A stretch of 64,000 bases of DNA, from assembly GCF_006345805.1 (NCBI RefSeq), contig NC_043017.1, positions 32,054,001 through 32,118,000 on the forward strand, read 5' to 3'. Shown here one piece after another: positions 38,127-51,675 of the stretch. Source of the DNA: Octopus sinensis (Eukaryota). Each line of letters opens with the position of its first letter. Position 1 is the stretch's first letter. The translations under genes were made by a program, and so were the position numbers. The notes under the pieces were generated by a model. It had not been told where the DNA came from. It did not search any database and saw only the letters and a program-made list of their open reading frames with translations.

Positions 38127-39740
38127 TTATCAGTGTTGACTGGAAAATACCAAAAGATAATGACATTTTTACCTTTAACAACTGGCTCAAGACAAAGTTC
38201 ATACCAGTAAGCAGAAGTACTGATTTTGTAGTATTTACAAATTTTCCGCTGTAAATACTGTCCTAACCTCTCGTGGTGATTTTTGTATTCATTTGGTGTC
38301 AGCACAGGACATCCCAAGATAAAATGGTCTATTGTCTTATCAAATTTATAAGAGAATCTGCATTTAGGGTCAGAGCCATTTTATAGAATGTTAGCCTGGT
38401 AGTTTTTGATAAGCAAGCTTTCATTTTGTGCTGCCAATATGAAACCTTTGGGCCCTGCTTTCTGTCCTGAGCTTCTCAGTCACTGATGAGTTGTTGCTTG
38501 GTCTACATCAGCATTTCGGCTTTAAAGCATATACTGTCCATGCAGAGGCTTCTGGTTCCACCACTCCTCAATTTGTTTCTGCCCATTAATTTTTACAGTA
38601 GTCTGTTTTTTTTGCATTTTTCAAGGCAGTGGTTTCAGGTTCTTCATCTAATGCAGAGTTAATTCCAAGCTCCCTTGTGAATTTGCAAGCTTCCTTGACA
38701 ACAAATTTGATTTTTTACTGCTTTCATGTTTCCACACAAGCCATAGAATCCAGTCTTTTGTACTAGACAAGTATTTGTTCATTGCTATTCTGGAGGTCTT
38801 TTATAGCACAATTCTACCTGCAACATACCTCTTCCCCATTACATCTAGGTAAGTGCAGATGATCAATGCCTGTTTTTGGGTGGGGCCATATTCTTAGGTG
38901 TTAGTAGTTTTCTTGTTTTCCTGTCCAGGCATTGGAGCTCTATAAGATTCCAGTTAATGATGTTAAAACCTTACTGGACTACTGAAAGTGCCAGGGTGTT
39001 AATCGCCTCAATGCAATTTGGTGGGTTGAGTTCAATTTTTTTAGTATTGAGTCATATTCTTCTGTAATACTCCTTTCATATTTTTTCCTTCATAGTAGCA
39101 TGTTCTATACCATCTTTGTTTATCCCCAGGTATTTACAGCTTTCTTGTGGGTCAAGCTCCTTGATAGTAGTGTTGGTATCTAATTTAATGCAAGCCGTTT
39201 GTTTGAGCTTTCCTCTTACAAAAGTTGCTTTAGCCCACTTATCAAGGCCAAACTCTATCCCGATGTCATTGCTGAACTCTTTAACAGTTATTAGTAGTTC
39301 TACTAGTTCTTTGTCATTTCTATCAAATGGCTTCAGATCGTCCATATAAAACAGATGGTTTACAGTGATATTATACATTTTGAAGCCATACCTGGTGTTA
39401 CTCAGTTCATTTGAGAGTGGGATCAGTGCCATGCAAAAGAGTAATGGTGAGAGGGAATCACCTTGAAAGATGCCTTATGTGATGTTGATGTTGTTAGAGT
39501 GGCTCATTCCCTTACTATGGTTTAGAAGGTGACATGTATTAGATGATGCCATGCTACCTTCTAAGAATCTGGAGACTGCAGGAGAGATCTTGTATATCTC
39601 AAGGGCCTTGAGTAGCAAATTATGTGGGACATTATCGAAAGCTTTCCTGTAGTCTATCCATGCCATACTCAGGTTCTTGTTGCTCCAGCAAGTCTCTACA
39701 GTCATTTTATTAATGAGTTATTGATCTTCACACCCATAAG

Positions 39741-40942
39741 AAAAATATAAAATCAAGGATGTTGTAATCCTCTCTCCAACCAAGGAACAATTGAAACAAC
39801 GAATACAACTGAAAGCCCGACAGCTCAGAAGGAATGACAAAAGAAATAAATTTTATCGACAAAAGAAGCTATTCAAGACGGATGCAAAAAAATTTTACAG
39901 GGAAATTGGCAAAAGTAGGATAGAAGTAAAGGAGCCATCTCAGACTGAGGAAATGGAAGAGTTCTGAGAGAAGATATGGAGCTATAAAAAGAATATAATA
40001 CTAAAGCTGACAGGATATAGCATAAGAAAGTGGGACTGGATGAAGTTGAAGAGCAGAAATGGGAGGTAATAGGAATAGAATAGCTAAGGTGCGTTCTCAG
40101 GAAGTCTCACAAATGGAGAACACCAGGACTGGATTGGATTTTGAACTTCTGGCTGAATTGTTTGTCAGAAGTACACCGAAATTTTGCTGCATCCCTAACT
40201 GATGTCATCCAGAACCCAGAACCTGCCTAGCTGACCGAACGAACAACATACCTTCTGCCAAATACTTTTACAACATTTTTGAGTTTGTGGAAGGATAGAA
40301 TTCTGTTCCAGGAAAATGCATATTCTTTCAGTTAGTATAGACAGGAGGATCTTGCAAGTGGTGTTGAGACATGTAACTGTTTGGTATTTCTTTGGATTTT
40401 TTGTGCCTTCAGTTTTTGGTAGAAGGTATGTTGTTCGTTTGGTCAGCTAGACAGGTATTTGCTCTGTGTTCTGGATGACATCAGTTAGGGATGCAGCAAA
40501 ATTTCGGTGTACTTCTGACAAACAATTCAGCCAGAAGTTCGAAATCCAATCCAGTCCTGGGGTTCTCCCTTTGTGAGACTTCCTGAGAACGCACCTTAGC
40601 TATTCTATTCCTATTACCTACCATTTCTGCTCTTCAACTTCATCCAGTCCCACTTTCTTATGCTATATCCTGTCAGCTTTAGTATTATATTCTTTTTATA
40701 GCTCCCTATCTTCTCTCAGAACTCTTCCATTTCCTCAGTCTGAGATGGCTCCTTTACTTCTATCTTACTTTTGCCAATTTCCCTGTAAAAGTTTTTTGCA
40801 TCTATCTTGAATAGCTTCTTTTGTCGATAAAATTTGTTTCTTTTGTCATTCCTTCTGAGCCGTCGGGCTTTCAGTTGTATTCGTTGTTTCAATTGTTCCT
40901 TGGTTGGAGGGAAGATTATAACATCTTTGATTTTATATTTTT
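39741..40942. repeat. ~525-bp inverted duplication (arms 39741-40263 and ~40414-40942, ~150-bp spacer) inside the R4 element
   Basis: The arms read as reverse complements with only scattered substitutions and small indels. Confidence 0.92.
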
Positions 40943-42004
40943 CCATTATTCTCCTAGCTTATTTCATCTTAACATTCACTCCTCTAGTAAGTTCATCGAG
41001 AACTGATACTTTCTCCCACAAAAATTCAATCTCTTTTTGTATCGCTACTTTCCACTTAGAGATCTATTGACATGATTGGTCCTTTTCTGTGTCGTCCTGA
41101 TGCCTAGCTGACCGGCTACAACTTTAGCAGTGGAATAGGTGATGTTATTTAAAGCTGTTAGGTCATTTCCCTTATTTCTTAAGATCTGTCTAAGAGCAAT
41201 ACTATATATCATGAATATGTAATTATTTTTGTATGTTGTGGTTTCAGAGCTTTGGTAGTGGTTTTCTTTTGATGATGTCAGTAAACTCAATCTTGCTGAG
41301 TTCTCTCATAATATCTTCTTTTGCTTCTATGATCTTTTTATTATTCACTTCAAATTCTGAGTCATATCTATTCTGGTGTTCTTGAGGTAGGTCTACTTTC
41401 TCCTCTTTTGCATTTTCTTTGTATTTTCTGAGCTTATCAAATTCTTTTGCCAAGATATTAGAGTCACAGGGTATGCTCAGGGTATGCTCCTCATGTCAAT
41501 CAATAAACAGACTTTATTGCTTTGGTCTTTCACAACAATATCTGGTTTATTTGCTTTGATGGTCCGGTCTGTCCATTCTGGAAAGTCCCAAAGAATCATT
41601 ACATTTTCTCCCTCAGTTACAGCCTCAAAGTGGTGCTTTAACCTTTTATCAGCAGTTTTGGTTTTATAATGCCAACATATTATCCAGTATAGATACTGGC
41701 CAACTCTGTCATGTCTTAATTTATGCTCTACCGGTGCTAAAACCTTACACCCAGAGATTTGGTGGTCCACTGTTTCAATCTTTACTATTCTTTCTTCAGC
41801 TTCTTCATTGGGATGTACTTCTCATACACTGCATTCTGTGCATCTGTTACCTATTTCATCTGCATTGTTGCTGTTTACATTTGGTCTACCATGAGATGTT
41901 TGTGTCCTAATTTGGCTAATTTCAGCGTCAGTTAACCTTTTATTCTTAATGATGTCTCTGCGTACATTACTTAATTTATTTGCATCTATGATAGATCGTT
42001 AGCC

Positions 42005-42185
42005 ACTACACACATTTTTTTCTCTCCTTGTTTCTCTCATTGTTTTTTCTGTGTCCCTTTCTGTAGAAGAGCATAGGCTCGAAACGTAAAAGACTTTTTC
42101 TTTTCCTGAGCGTTATACTAATACATCTGTTTGTTTTGTACACAACCTGTCTTTGTCTTTTGTTTTTTTCGTAAACTCTCCCTAT
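42005..42185 (+). mobile_element. Hammerhead-motif pLTR-like repeat inserted in the R4 ORF
   Basis: cttt-CTGTAGA-A-GAGC-atag-GCTC-GAAAC-GTA-aaag at 42057-42092; same family as 9940-10180. Confidence 0.65.
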
Positions 42186-42462
42186 ATATCTGCGCACCTC
42201 GTTGCCCATTAAGTTTCTCCATGAAGTGTATGTTTGTACAAGGAGATTATTGTTTGGGTTTAGATGAGCTGTATAGAAAGCTTTCAACACAGCTCTATAA
42301 TCCTCTCTTGTCCATTTTATGCATTTTGCTTTAGGTGGTGTTTTTAGAGGTGTCACTACAGGTTTAAGGCTAGGGTTATCCTGGTTCTGGTCACCTGGTA
42401 GCTTCGTTTTTTTTTTTGAGAGTTTGTTCCAGCTGCAGACTTTCAGCCACAGTCTGGTTCCC

Positions 42463-42700
42463 CAGAAGGTGGCAAGATGGCAGAAACGTTAGCACGCCGG
42501 GCGAGATACTTAGTGGTATTTCGACTGCTGTTACGTTCTGAGTTCAAATTCTGCCGAGGTCGACTTTGCCTTTCATCCTTTCGGGGTCGATAAATTAAGT
42601 ACCAGTTACGCACTGGGGTCGATATAATCGACTTAAATCCGTCTGTCTGTCCTTGTTTGTCCCTTCTATGTTTAGCCCCTTGTGGGCAGTAAAGATATAA
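42463..42700 (+). mobile_element. SINE family C with TSD agtctggttccc
   Basis: Same 12-mer on both flanks; interrupts the R4 N-terminal ORF (SGEPD duplicated). Confidence 0.9.
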
Positions 42701-44467
42701 GTCTGGTTCCCCACTTGTTAACATGGTCATTGTCCCTGGTGACGACCAATCTGGCATGAGTTTTGTCCTTATAGCATTGAGGTGACAATAGGAGATGGGA
42801 CTGTTTGTTGAAGACTGACATTTTGACATGACACTGTTTCCTTGTTCTTCAAATTGATATATTTATCATATTCTAGGCAAAGTCGGAATCAAACTGAATT
42901 GCGAAGACCTGTTGAGGCACGTGAAATCGAAATCAAACTCGGTGACTGGCATCCGTTGCTAGTGGAGCGCTAAGAGTACCATACGAGTGAGATCGTTGCC
43001 AGAGCAACAAGCTGGCCTTCATGCCGATGGCTCATTAAAAACACCATCCGAGCGTGATCGTTACCAGCATCGCCTTACTGGCACTTGTGCTGGTGGCACG
43101 TGAACAAAACATTCGAGCGAGGCCGTTGCCAGTGCCACTGGACTGGCTCCAGTGCAGGTGGCACATAAAAAGCACCATTTGAACGTGGCCGTTTCCAGTA
43201 CCACCAGACTGGCCCTCATGCCGGTGGCACGTAGAAGCACCCACTACACTCTCAGAGTGGGTGGCATTAGGAAGGGTATCCAGCTGTAGAAACTCTGCCA
43301 GATTAGATTGGAGTCTAGTTTGCCAGACCTCAGTCAAATCATCCAACCCATGCTAGCATGGATAGCAGACGTTAAACGATGATGATGATAGGCTGATAGA
43401 TCGAAAATCACCTCTGTATTTTTTGTAGCTATGTTTCCAGGCATAACTATTTAATTATATTTCATTTTTGGATTTGGTTTGCAAGATTCTTTAAATGAGT
43501 TCGTGTGTTGAAGCATATTCTATTGTGTCTGGGGAGAGTCATATTCTTTTTGTGCCTTATTATGTAACACACTCACCTGTAAAATTTCCACTTATTTCTT
43601 ATTTTTATTTTCCTAAAATTTTTGTTGCGTCTTGCAACCTTTTCAATAGTCTTGACTCTGTCCGTTATCTACACTGCATTCCCTTTTGTTTGTTTGTGCG
43701 CATGTGTGTTGGTCAGTGTGTGTGTGTGTCTATATATGCATGCATGTACGTATGTATGTATGTGTGTGTTTGCATGTGTATGTATGTATATAAGTGTGTG
43801 TATGCATATGTATATATGTATCATCATCATCATCTTCATCATCATCATCATCATCATCGTTTAGCATCCGCTTTCCATGCTGGCATGGGTTGGACGGTTA
43901 AACTGGGGTCTGGGAAGCCAGGAGGCTGCACCAGGCTGGATGCCCTTCCTAACGCCAACCACTCCATGAGTATAGTGAGTGCTTTTTAGGTGCCACCGGC
44001 ACAGGTGCCAGATGGGGCTGGCAAATGGCCACGATTGGATGATGCTCTTTATGTGCCACTGGCACGGAGGCCATGTGTGTGCATCTGTATGTGCGTATCC
44101 TGCATATTTATGCGCTTGTATGTCCGTGTTTGTATATTTTCTATGTATGTGTGTGTGAGCTTGTGTTTGTATATGTATGCACCTCTGTCTCCTTGTGTGT
44201 GGTGTGTGTGTGTTATGCAACTATGTACCATGTTTGTATGTATGGATATGCTTTATACTTAATGACTAATTCGCTCCTTTTTATATTCGTTTGTGGGAAG
44301 TCACTTTGTTTTTGCTTGGTACTTCATTGCTTGTAACACATGGTTTCCTTTTATTTTCTCCATGTGTATCGCACAGGCATTATTTATGTTGCTTCTAAAC
44401 ATTAGCATGTGCACATGGATGCATGGACGGTTGCATGTAAAAGTAATTATTCAATTAACGTACTTAC

Positions 44468-44530
44468 CATGTAATTAGAGTGTCTTTCCAGGGTTCCTGG
44501 TGCTGGCTTCAATGTCTTGCACATGTCATA
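44468..44530 (-). CDS. Isolated candidate exon YDMCKTLKPAPGTLERHSNYM (phase 0 to 0)
   Basis: Acceptor gatatctcag|, consensus donor ATG|gtaagt, single open frame; no partner exon or homology established. Confidence 0.2.
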
Positions 44531-44905
44531 CTGAGATATCACGCATTTAAGAAATAAACTACACTGCATTTAACAAAAACCTTTCCGATTTTCTAGTTCC
44601 TTGGCTTTAACAGGACTTTTCCCCATAGCTGTATCACAAAGTTTTCCTCCATTGCACCAATGTTATTGGAATAAGTTTGTTTTGTGGAGAGACCATCCAT
44701 GTTGCTATTTAGCCTACACTTATTATCATTAATAGTAACAATAACAACAACAACAATGATGATGATGATGATGATGATATTTGCCTTTTGTCCTTTCAGG
44801 GTCAATAAATCATGTACCAGTGAAATACTGGGGTCATTGAAATTGACTAGTTTCTTCCCCACAAAATTTCAGGCCTTGTGCCCACTGTAGAAAGAATCAT
44901 TATTG

Positions 44906-45002
<97 letters not shown>

Positions 45003-45149
45003 GTTGTGAGATGGTATAATTGTTAGCATGCTAGGCAAAATGCTGAGATAGCAGCATTTCATCCATCCTTATCTACTGGGTTCAAATTCTCCTGAAGTCA
45101 ACTTTGTATTTCATCCTTTCAGGGTCGATAAAATAAGTACCAGTTGAAA

Positions 45150-46055
45150 AACGTTCATGACAGATCATGTAACTATGGTGCCATACTATCCCAGATCTAA
45201 TGGACAGGCAGAACGCTTTGTCGATATGTTCGAGAGATCCCTAAGAAAGTTGAAGAAGGAAGTCAAGGGTGAGGTAGCTCTACAACAATTCTTAAGAGTA
45301 TACCATTTGACACTAAATCCAAATACACCAGCAGGTATGTCACCAGTGGAGCTGATGTTTGCAAAGAAGGTAAAATCAATCTTTGACACCTGGCAAGAAG
45401 AAAAAAATTGCAATGGAAAGTACAGCAAGGTTTTCCAAAATTGGTGCAAAGGTATTTGTGAGGGCATATAAGAATGGAGAACAGAGTCGGGAAGATGGCA
45501 TGATTAACAAATGCATAGGAAAAATGCTATATTTGGTAAAGAGTAGAACAGGGTATACAAGAGACACACGAACCAACTGAAAAAAGGATTTGTGGAGAGT
45601 GAACCCCAAAAAATGGAAGAACCAATGAAATGGTTATATGATACTTTTCAAGTACTAATGCCACCACAGGTGATTGAACCCAGGCACACAAGTGTAAGAA
45701 AGAGAAAATGTACAGAGTTCCTGAAAGTGGATGGCGAACGGAAAAAAATATTAAATGTATAATTAAGTAAAAAAAATTCAAAAATGGGAAGTGGGGTGAA
45801 ATAAAATTATTGTTATTAAAAGAAATAAAATAACACCCCCTAAGAAAAAAAGAAAAACTTAAAAGGGGGGTTGTTGCCGGGATAATAGTAATAATGGTAC
45901 TCCCCTCCCACGTGACAAGTGGTATGTGCTAGTCACTATAAATAAGGTGATGTCGGTGAGTATATAGAGAGAGAGTATGAAATAGACCTTCTTAGACAGT
46001 CGTATCTTTACTGGTCTAACAACTATACTGCTATACCAAAGTGGGCATTATAACA
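45150..46055 (+). mobile_element. Gypsy LTR retrotransposon 3' remnant: integrase C-terminus, PPT and 3' LTR
   Basis: PYYPRSNGQAERFVDMFERSL...FLRVY...SPVELMF; PPT aaaagggggg at 45861-45870; LTR TGTT...AACA at 45872-46055 with tataaat. Confidence 0.85.
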
Positions 46056-46674
46056 ATCCAGCATTAAGGTTTCCAATACTATAACACAAAGGAACATCAT
46101 CATCATCATCACCATCATAATCATCATCATTATTACTAATGTATACACCATAACTTTAGAAGAAAATACCAAAAGTTTCATTTCCTCATTGAAGTTATTG
46201 TGGTTCTAATTTATTGTACTTATGCTTTTAGGGTAAGTACCCACCTTATTTCCCTCTGGCTTTCACAAATCTTCTGTAGTTAATACCAATATCTAATTAA
46301 GAAGCAGCATCACACGTCTTCAATAACTTTCATAATCTGTGTATATTGCTTGAAGTGACAAATATCTTTGTGTGTGAGAAAGAAGAAGTTTGCAGAAATT
46401 TTCATTTACTGTCTTTACGCTTGGCAACTGTTCTTTTGCTTCTGCATCCTCCAGCATAAACATGATTACTTCACAAGCCAAAGAGAGAGAGAGACAGAGA
46501 AATGCTATGCAGAGACAGAGAAATGCTATACAGTCACTGACACTTGCTAGAAGCCACAGCCAAATTTCTTCGAATCACACCCTAATGTTTACAAAAGAAA
46601 CAGATACATTCGTGATATAGTCAAAAATTGCTCCACAAGACATATCCTCTATAATCTCAGTATATCATACCCTG

Positions 46675-47175
46675 TGGAGGTGCGTGGCTTAGTGGTTAGG
46701 GTGTCAGCACCATGATAGTAAGATTGTGGTTTCGATTCCTGGACCGGGTGACGCATTGTGTTCTTGAGCAAAACACTTCATTTCACGTTGCCCCAGTCCA
46801 CTCAGCTGGTAAAAATGAGTAATGCTGCGATGGACTGGCGTCCCGTCCAGCTGGGGAACACATACACCATAGAAACCAGGAAACTGAGCCCATGAGCCTG
46901 GCTAGGCTTTAAAAGGGTGCATTTGTGGAGGCACGTGGCTTAGTGGTTAGGGTGTCAGCATCGTGATCGTAAGCTTGTGGTTTCGATTCCTGGACCAGGC
47001 AATGTGTTATGTTCTTGGGGAAAACAGTTCATTTCACGTTGCTCCAGTCCACTCAGCTGGCAAAAATGAGTAACGCTGCGATGGACTGGCGTCCCATCCA
47101 GCTGGGGAACACATACGCTATAGAAACCGGGAAACTGGGCCCGTGAGCTTGACTAGGGTTTAAAAGGATGCATTT
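46675..47175 (+). mobile_element. Head-to-tail dimer of a tRNA-headed SINE (~250 bp units)
   Basis: gtggagg(tg/ca)cgtggcttagtggttagggtgtcagca at 46675 and ~46925; both carry gcgatggactggcgtccc. Confidence 0.9.
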
Positions 47176-47349
47176 ATTTATTTATTTATATCATACCCAA
47201 CACTGACCGTTTCCACGACCACTGCTACCTCCTCAACAATCACTGCCATCATCACCACCACCACTCCCACCAACACTGCCACCACCACTATAATTTAGTT
47301 TCTGTGTCTGCTTTTTCCTTGATGACAAGGGTTTGATCAAACATCTTGA

Positions 47350-49350
47350 CTCTTTAGTGTTCAGACCAGCCAAAAACTGGCCGAAAATAAATTTTTCTTT
47401 ATTTGCTTGAACCAGCCAAATCTGGCTGTATCTGGTTCCTTTACAAAATTGCTATAAAAATAAACAAATCATGTTACTGAATTCTTGTAGCTTTGAGATA
47501 ATGGGAGATAAAGCCTTTCCTGCCTTTATTCAAGTAAAAATAACATGAAATTTTTTTAGACTTTTTGGTTTTTCAATGTTTGAAGAGAAGTGTACATCTT
47601 AGTTTTTAACAACATGGCATCAGCAAGCAGCGATTCCGACTTTGAAGATTTTACTCTTGATGATGAGCAAAATATGAACGTAAACAACAGTGATTTATCT
47701 TCGGACGAATCTGATATCGGTATTTATGAATCTTTGTTGGACAAGGAAGATTTTGATAACGAAAGTGATAAAAACGAAAGTGATGAAAATGGTATTGAAA
47801 ACATTACAGCTACATGGTTGAAGATTACTACATCAACCACAATTCCTGATTCCACAGAAAAGACTAGTCCACAATAAAAATTTACCCCTCAATGCTCAAC
47901 CATTGGACTATTTAATTTTTATTTTTACTGAAAAGTTTTTTTTGAAACTGTCACGGAAGAAATAAATATGTTCAATGTATGATTTCTATTCATGGGAGAC
48001 CCGATCCACCATGTGAGAAAAGGAAAATTAACTGAGGTGGATATCAACAGGAAAAAAATTGACTTCCATAAGGTTGGAAAAATAATGGAAGGAAAAAAGT
48101 TTACAGACTTGTGTTTGTTGCCAAAAAAGAAAAACAGCAAAAGGATATCAGGGCGAGACCTCATATATGTGTTCACTTTACAAAAGGCCTGTGTGTAAAG
48201 CAACGGTTCCCAGCTGACTTTTGGCCATGCCCCACCGAATCACTTCTAAAATCCTGATGCTTCCTTGTGACATATAATTTTTGTTCTTCAAAATTTGGTT
48301 AATGTTTACAATATTATCTGGAAACAAAATAAAAGAAAAAAAAGTGCAATCATCATCATTTAGCGTCTGCTTTCCATGCTAGCATGGGTTGGACGGTTCA
48401 GCTGGGGTCTGGGAAGCCAGAAGGCTGCACCAGGCCCAGTCTTATCTGGCAATGTTACTATGGCTGGATGCCCTTGCTAACGCCAACCACTCCGTGAGTG
48501 TAGTGGGTGCTTTTTACGTGCCACCGGCACAGGTGCCAGACGGGGCTGGCAAATGGCCACGATCGGATGGTGCTTTTTATGTGCCACTGGCACGAGGCCA
48601 GTTGGGGTGGCGCTGGCAACGGCCACATTCGGATGGTTCTCTTACGTACCACCGGCACTGGTATCACAGCTGCAATTTCCATTGATGTTGATCTACTTCG
48701 ATTTTGATTTGGATTTGGATTTTCACTTGCCTCAACAGGTCTTCACAAGTAGTTTTGTGTCCAAGTGCAATGGATGTAAAAAAAAAAATGTGTAGGAAAC
48801 GAATATGAAGAAAAAAAGAAAAAAGGCGTAGAAAGCAATGATGGGAGAGGACTTCGGAAAATTCACAAGATCCGAGTTTTTCCTGCCTAACTTTTAGGAC
48901 AATTTTTTTTTTTAATGAAATTTTATATAAATAGCTTTCAACCGGCACAGATTACGATTATAAAGAAATTTGAAGGAAAATCTTTTCCGAGGGGTGGAAA
49001 GAGGACTTCGGAAAATTCACAAGATCCGAGTTTTTCCCTCCTAACTTTTAGGAATTCTTTTTTTTTTAATGAAATTTTATATAAATAGCTTTCAACCAGC
49101 ACAGATTACGATTATAAAGAAATTTGAAGGAAAATCTTTTCCGAGAGGTGGAGAGAGGACTTTGGAAAATTCACAAGATCCGAGATTTTCACCCATTACT
49201 TGGTGATAGTTTATCGTGGATAGCGGGTATAAATCCAAATTTTAAATATTCTTCTGAATATTGACAAATTTATTTTTACATGCCCTGCTTATTTTATGCA
49301 TTTTTGAATCGGCATAACTGCAGATTTCTGCGTCCCAGACTTTGGATGAT
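47350..49350 (+). mobile_element. Internally deleted piggyBac-like transposon (acidic N-terminus, PLDY motif, Cys-rich C-terminal remnant)
   Basis: ctctttag start like the ccctttag MITE ends; MASASSDSDFEDF...W..., then frameshifted PLDY...ETVTEEINMF and a degenerate C-terminal Cys-rich stretch. Right end not defined. Confidence 0.6.
48847..49190. repeat. 154-bp tandem repeat, ~2.2 units
   Basis: gaggactt(c/t)ggaaaattcacaagatccgag at 48847, 49001 and 49155. Confidence 0.92.
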
Positions 49351-50619
49351 CATAACTTTCATGGCATATAAAAAGCACCATTCGAGTGTGATCGTTAGCA
49401 GCATCACCTTACTGGCACATGAAAAACAACATTCAAGTGAGATCGTTGCCAGTGTCGCTGGACTGGCTCCTGTGCAGGTGGCATGTAAAAAGCACCCACT
49501 ACACTCGCGGAGTGGTTGGCATTAGGAAGGGCATCCAGCTGTAGAAACTCTGCCAAACCTGGCTGAAATAAGATTAAGATTAATGTAAAAAATAAAATAA
49601 AGCTGAAGCAAATTAACACCAAATATATAGTGTGTGTGTTTTTATTGGCTAAACTGGCAAAATGACCATTCCTAAATACAACAACATCTGTTTCAACACA
49701 CGATTTCACATCAAGAATCTTGCAAAACAAATATATATATCCATTAAATGGATACAATGGAGTGGTTGGTGTTAGGAAGGGCATCCAGCTGTAAAAACAC
49801 TGCCAGATTAGACTGGAGCCTGGTGCAGCCTCCTGGCTTCCCAGACCCCCGTCGAACCGTCCAATGCATGCTAGCATGGAAAATGGACGTTAAACGATGA
49901 TGATGATGATGATGATGATGATATATATATATATATATATATATATACTGTGCTTCAGTACAATTTTTATATACACAATTTCACACACAAGATATTGATC
50001 AAGTTGAGACTGTACTAGTAGACGCTTACCAAAGCTCTTGATTGGGGGATCAAACCTGAAGCCACAAAGCGGTGAAGGGAAATCCTCAAAACCACCCAGA
50101 GGAAATACACATCAGATGCTGCAGTCATGGGTCTAGAAACAGATTGGAGGGTCACGAATGGAATGCATTTAATCATAGTTTTCTCTGCAGAAGGGCTGAC
50201 TTAGGACTTAACAACAACAACATATGACTACTTAGCAATTCCTATCTCCTGGAACCTTACGCCTCTCACTTATGGCTGAAACAATTAGTAATTATATGAA
50301 AATTAAGCTGACATATAATGGCCAATAAATATTTAGATTAATTGCAAATCTTTAGTATGAAATCTTGGAACAGTATTAATTACCACTCTGTTATGAATTT
50401 ATAATGACTATTGTGAAGCTTAATGAGATTGTTGAAATCATTGAATATTAAAAATGGATACACTATATTAACAGGTTTAGATGGAACTCACTTTGATCCC
50501 TCATGTCAAATGGAGAAACCATTAATTGATGAAGGTCTCCTCTTTTAGTCGAATTCTCCCAGAATTCTTCATTCCACAAAATTCTTCCCCCCTTAGTGAT
50601 CGATCAACCCCTCCTCTAG

Positions 50620-51360
50620 GAGTGTGTTTGAATGTGTGCGTGTGTGTATGTGTGTGTGTGTGTATGCCTACATATGCACACGTGTTTGTGCATAAGTATG
50701 TGTGCATATATATATGTGTGTGTGTGTGTGACCAACACTGAAAAAGAGAGTGTGTTTATGTGCATGTGTGTGTGTGTGTATGTGTGTGTGTGTGCGTGTG
50801 CATGTGTGTATGTGTGTGTACACATGCACACGTGTTTGTGCATAAGTATGTGTGCATATATATGTGTGTGTGTGTGTGTGTGTATGTGTGTGTGTGCGTG
50901 TGTATGTGTGTGTGTGTGCGTGTGTATGCGTGTGTGTGTATGTGTGTATGTGTGTGCATGTGTGTGTGTGTGTATGCCTACACATGCACACGTGTTTGTG
51001 CATATGTATGTGTGCATGTATATATGTGTGTGTGTGACCAACACTGAGAAAGAGAGAATGTGTGTGTTTATGTGCATGTGTGTGTGTATGTGTGTGTGTG
51101 TGCGTGTGTATGTGTGTGTGTGCGTGTGTGTATGTGTGTGTGTGCGTGTGTGTGTGTGCCTACACATGCACACGTGTTTGTGCATATGTATGTGTGCATA
51201 TATATGTGTGTGTGTGTGTGACCAACACTGAGAAAGAGAGAGAGTGTGTGTGTATGTGGATGTGTGTATACATGTATGGATATTTGTGGATACGTGTACA
51301 TGCATATGTGTATGCGCATGTATTCATATGTGTGTGTGTGTGTGTGTGTGTGTGTTTATA
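50620..51360. repeat. (TG)-based higher-order minisatellite
   Basis: Anchors atgcacacgtgtttgtgcata (4x) and gaccaacactga(a/g)aaagagag (3x) embedded in (TG)n. Confidence 0.9.
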
Positions 51361-51675
51361 TATGGGCGTATTTTAATTCATTTGTTCCTGAAATGGTAAC
51401 ATTTTAAATACATTCTTAATTATTATACAGACCTTGCTTCAGTTCCATCAATTAGTATTCCCATAGTTCAATGCATTAATTAAGCAGCCCACATATTATA
51501 TTATTCAACTTAATCCATTGTCCAATTTAACAACACCGCCATTTGGCCGTAGGTGTCTTTAACAGACCCCCCCCCCGCCCTCTCCAGCCCATTCCGTTTC
51601 AAGTATTTGGTTGAGGGTTCATGTTTGAGAAGTTCTTCGCTTGTCCTCCAAACAGTTTTAGATGCTCAGAAAATA

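Larger units (their letters stand above)
37600..42900 (-). mobile_element. R4/Dong-clade RLE non-LTR retrotransposon, near full-length, decayed and rearranged
   Basis: N-terminal KWTREDYRAVL and RKPLPKL; RT motifs MAWIDYRKAFDNVPH and NHLFYMDDLK...DIGIEFGLDK...KYLGI; Zn-knuckle remnants and ANKPDIVVKD...IDM(S)IPCDSN...KEFDKLRKY endonuclease. Outer boundaries are approximate. Confidence 0.9.
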
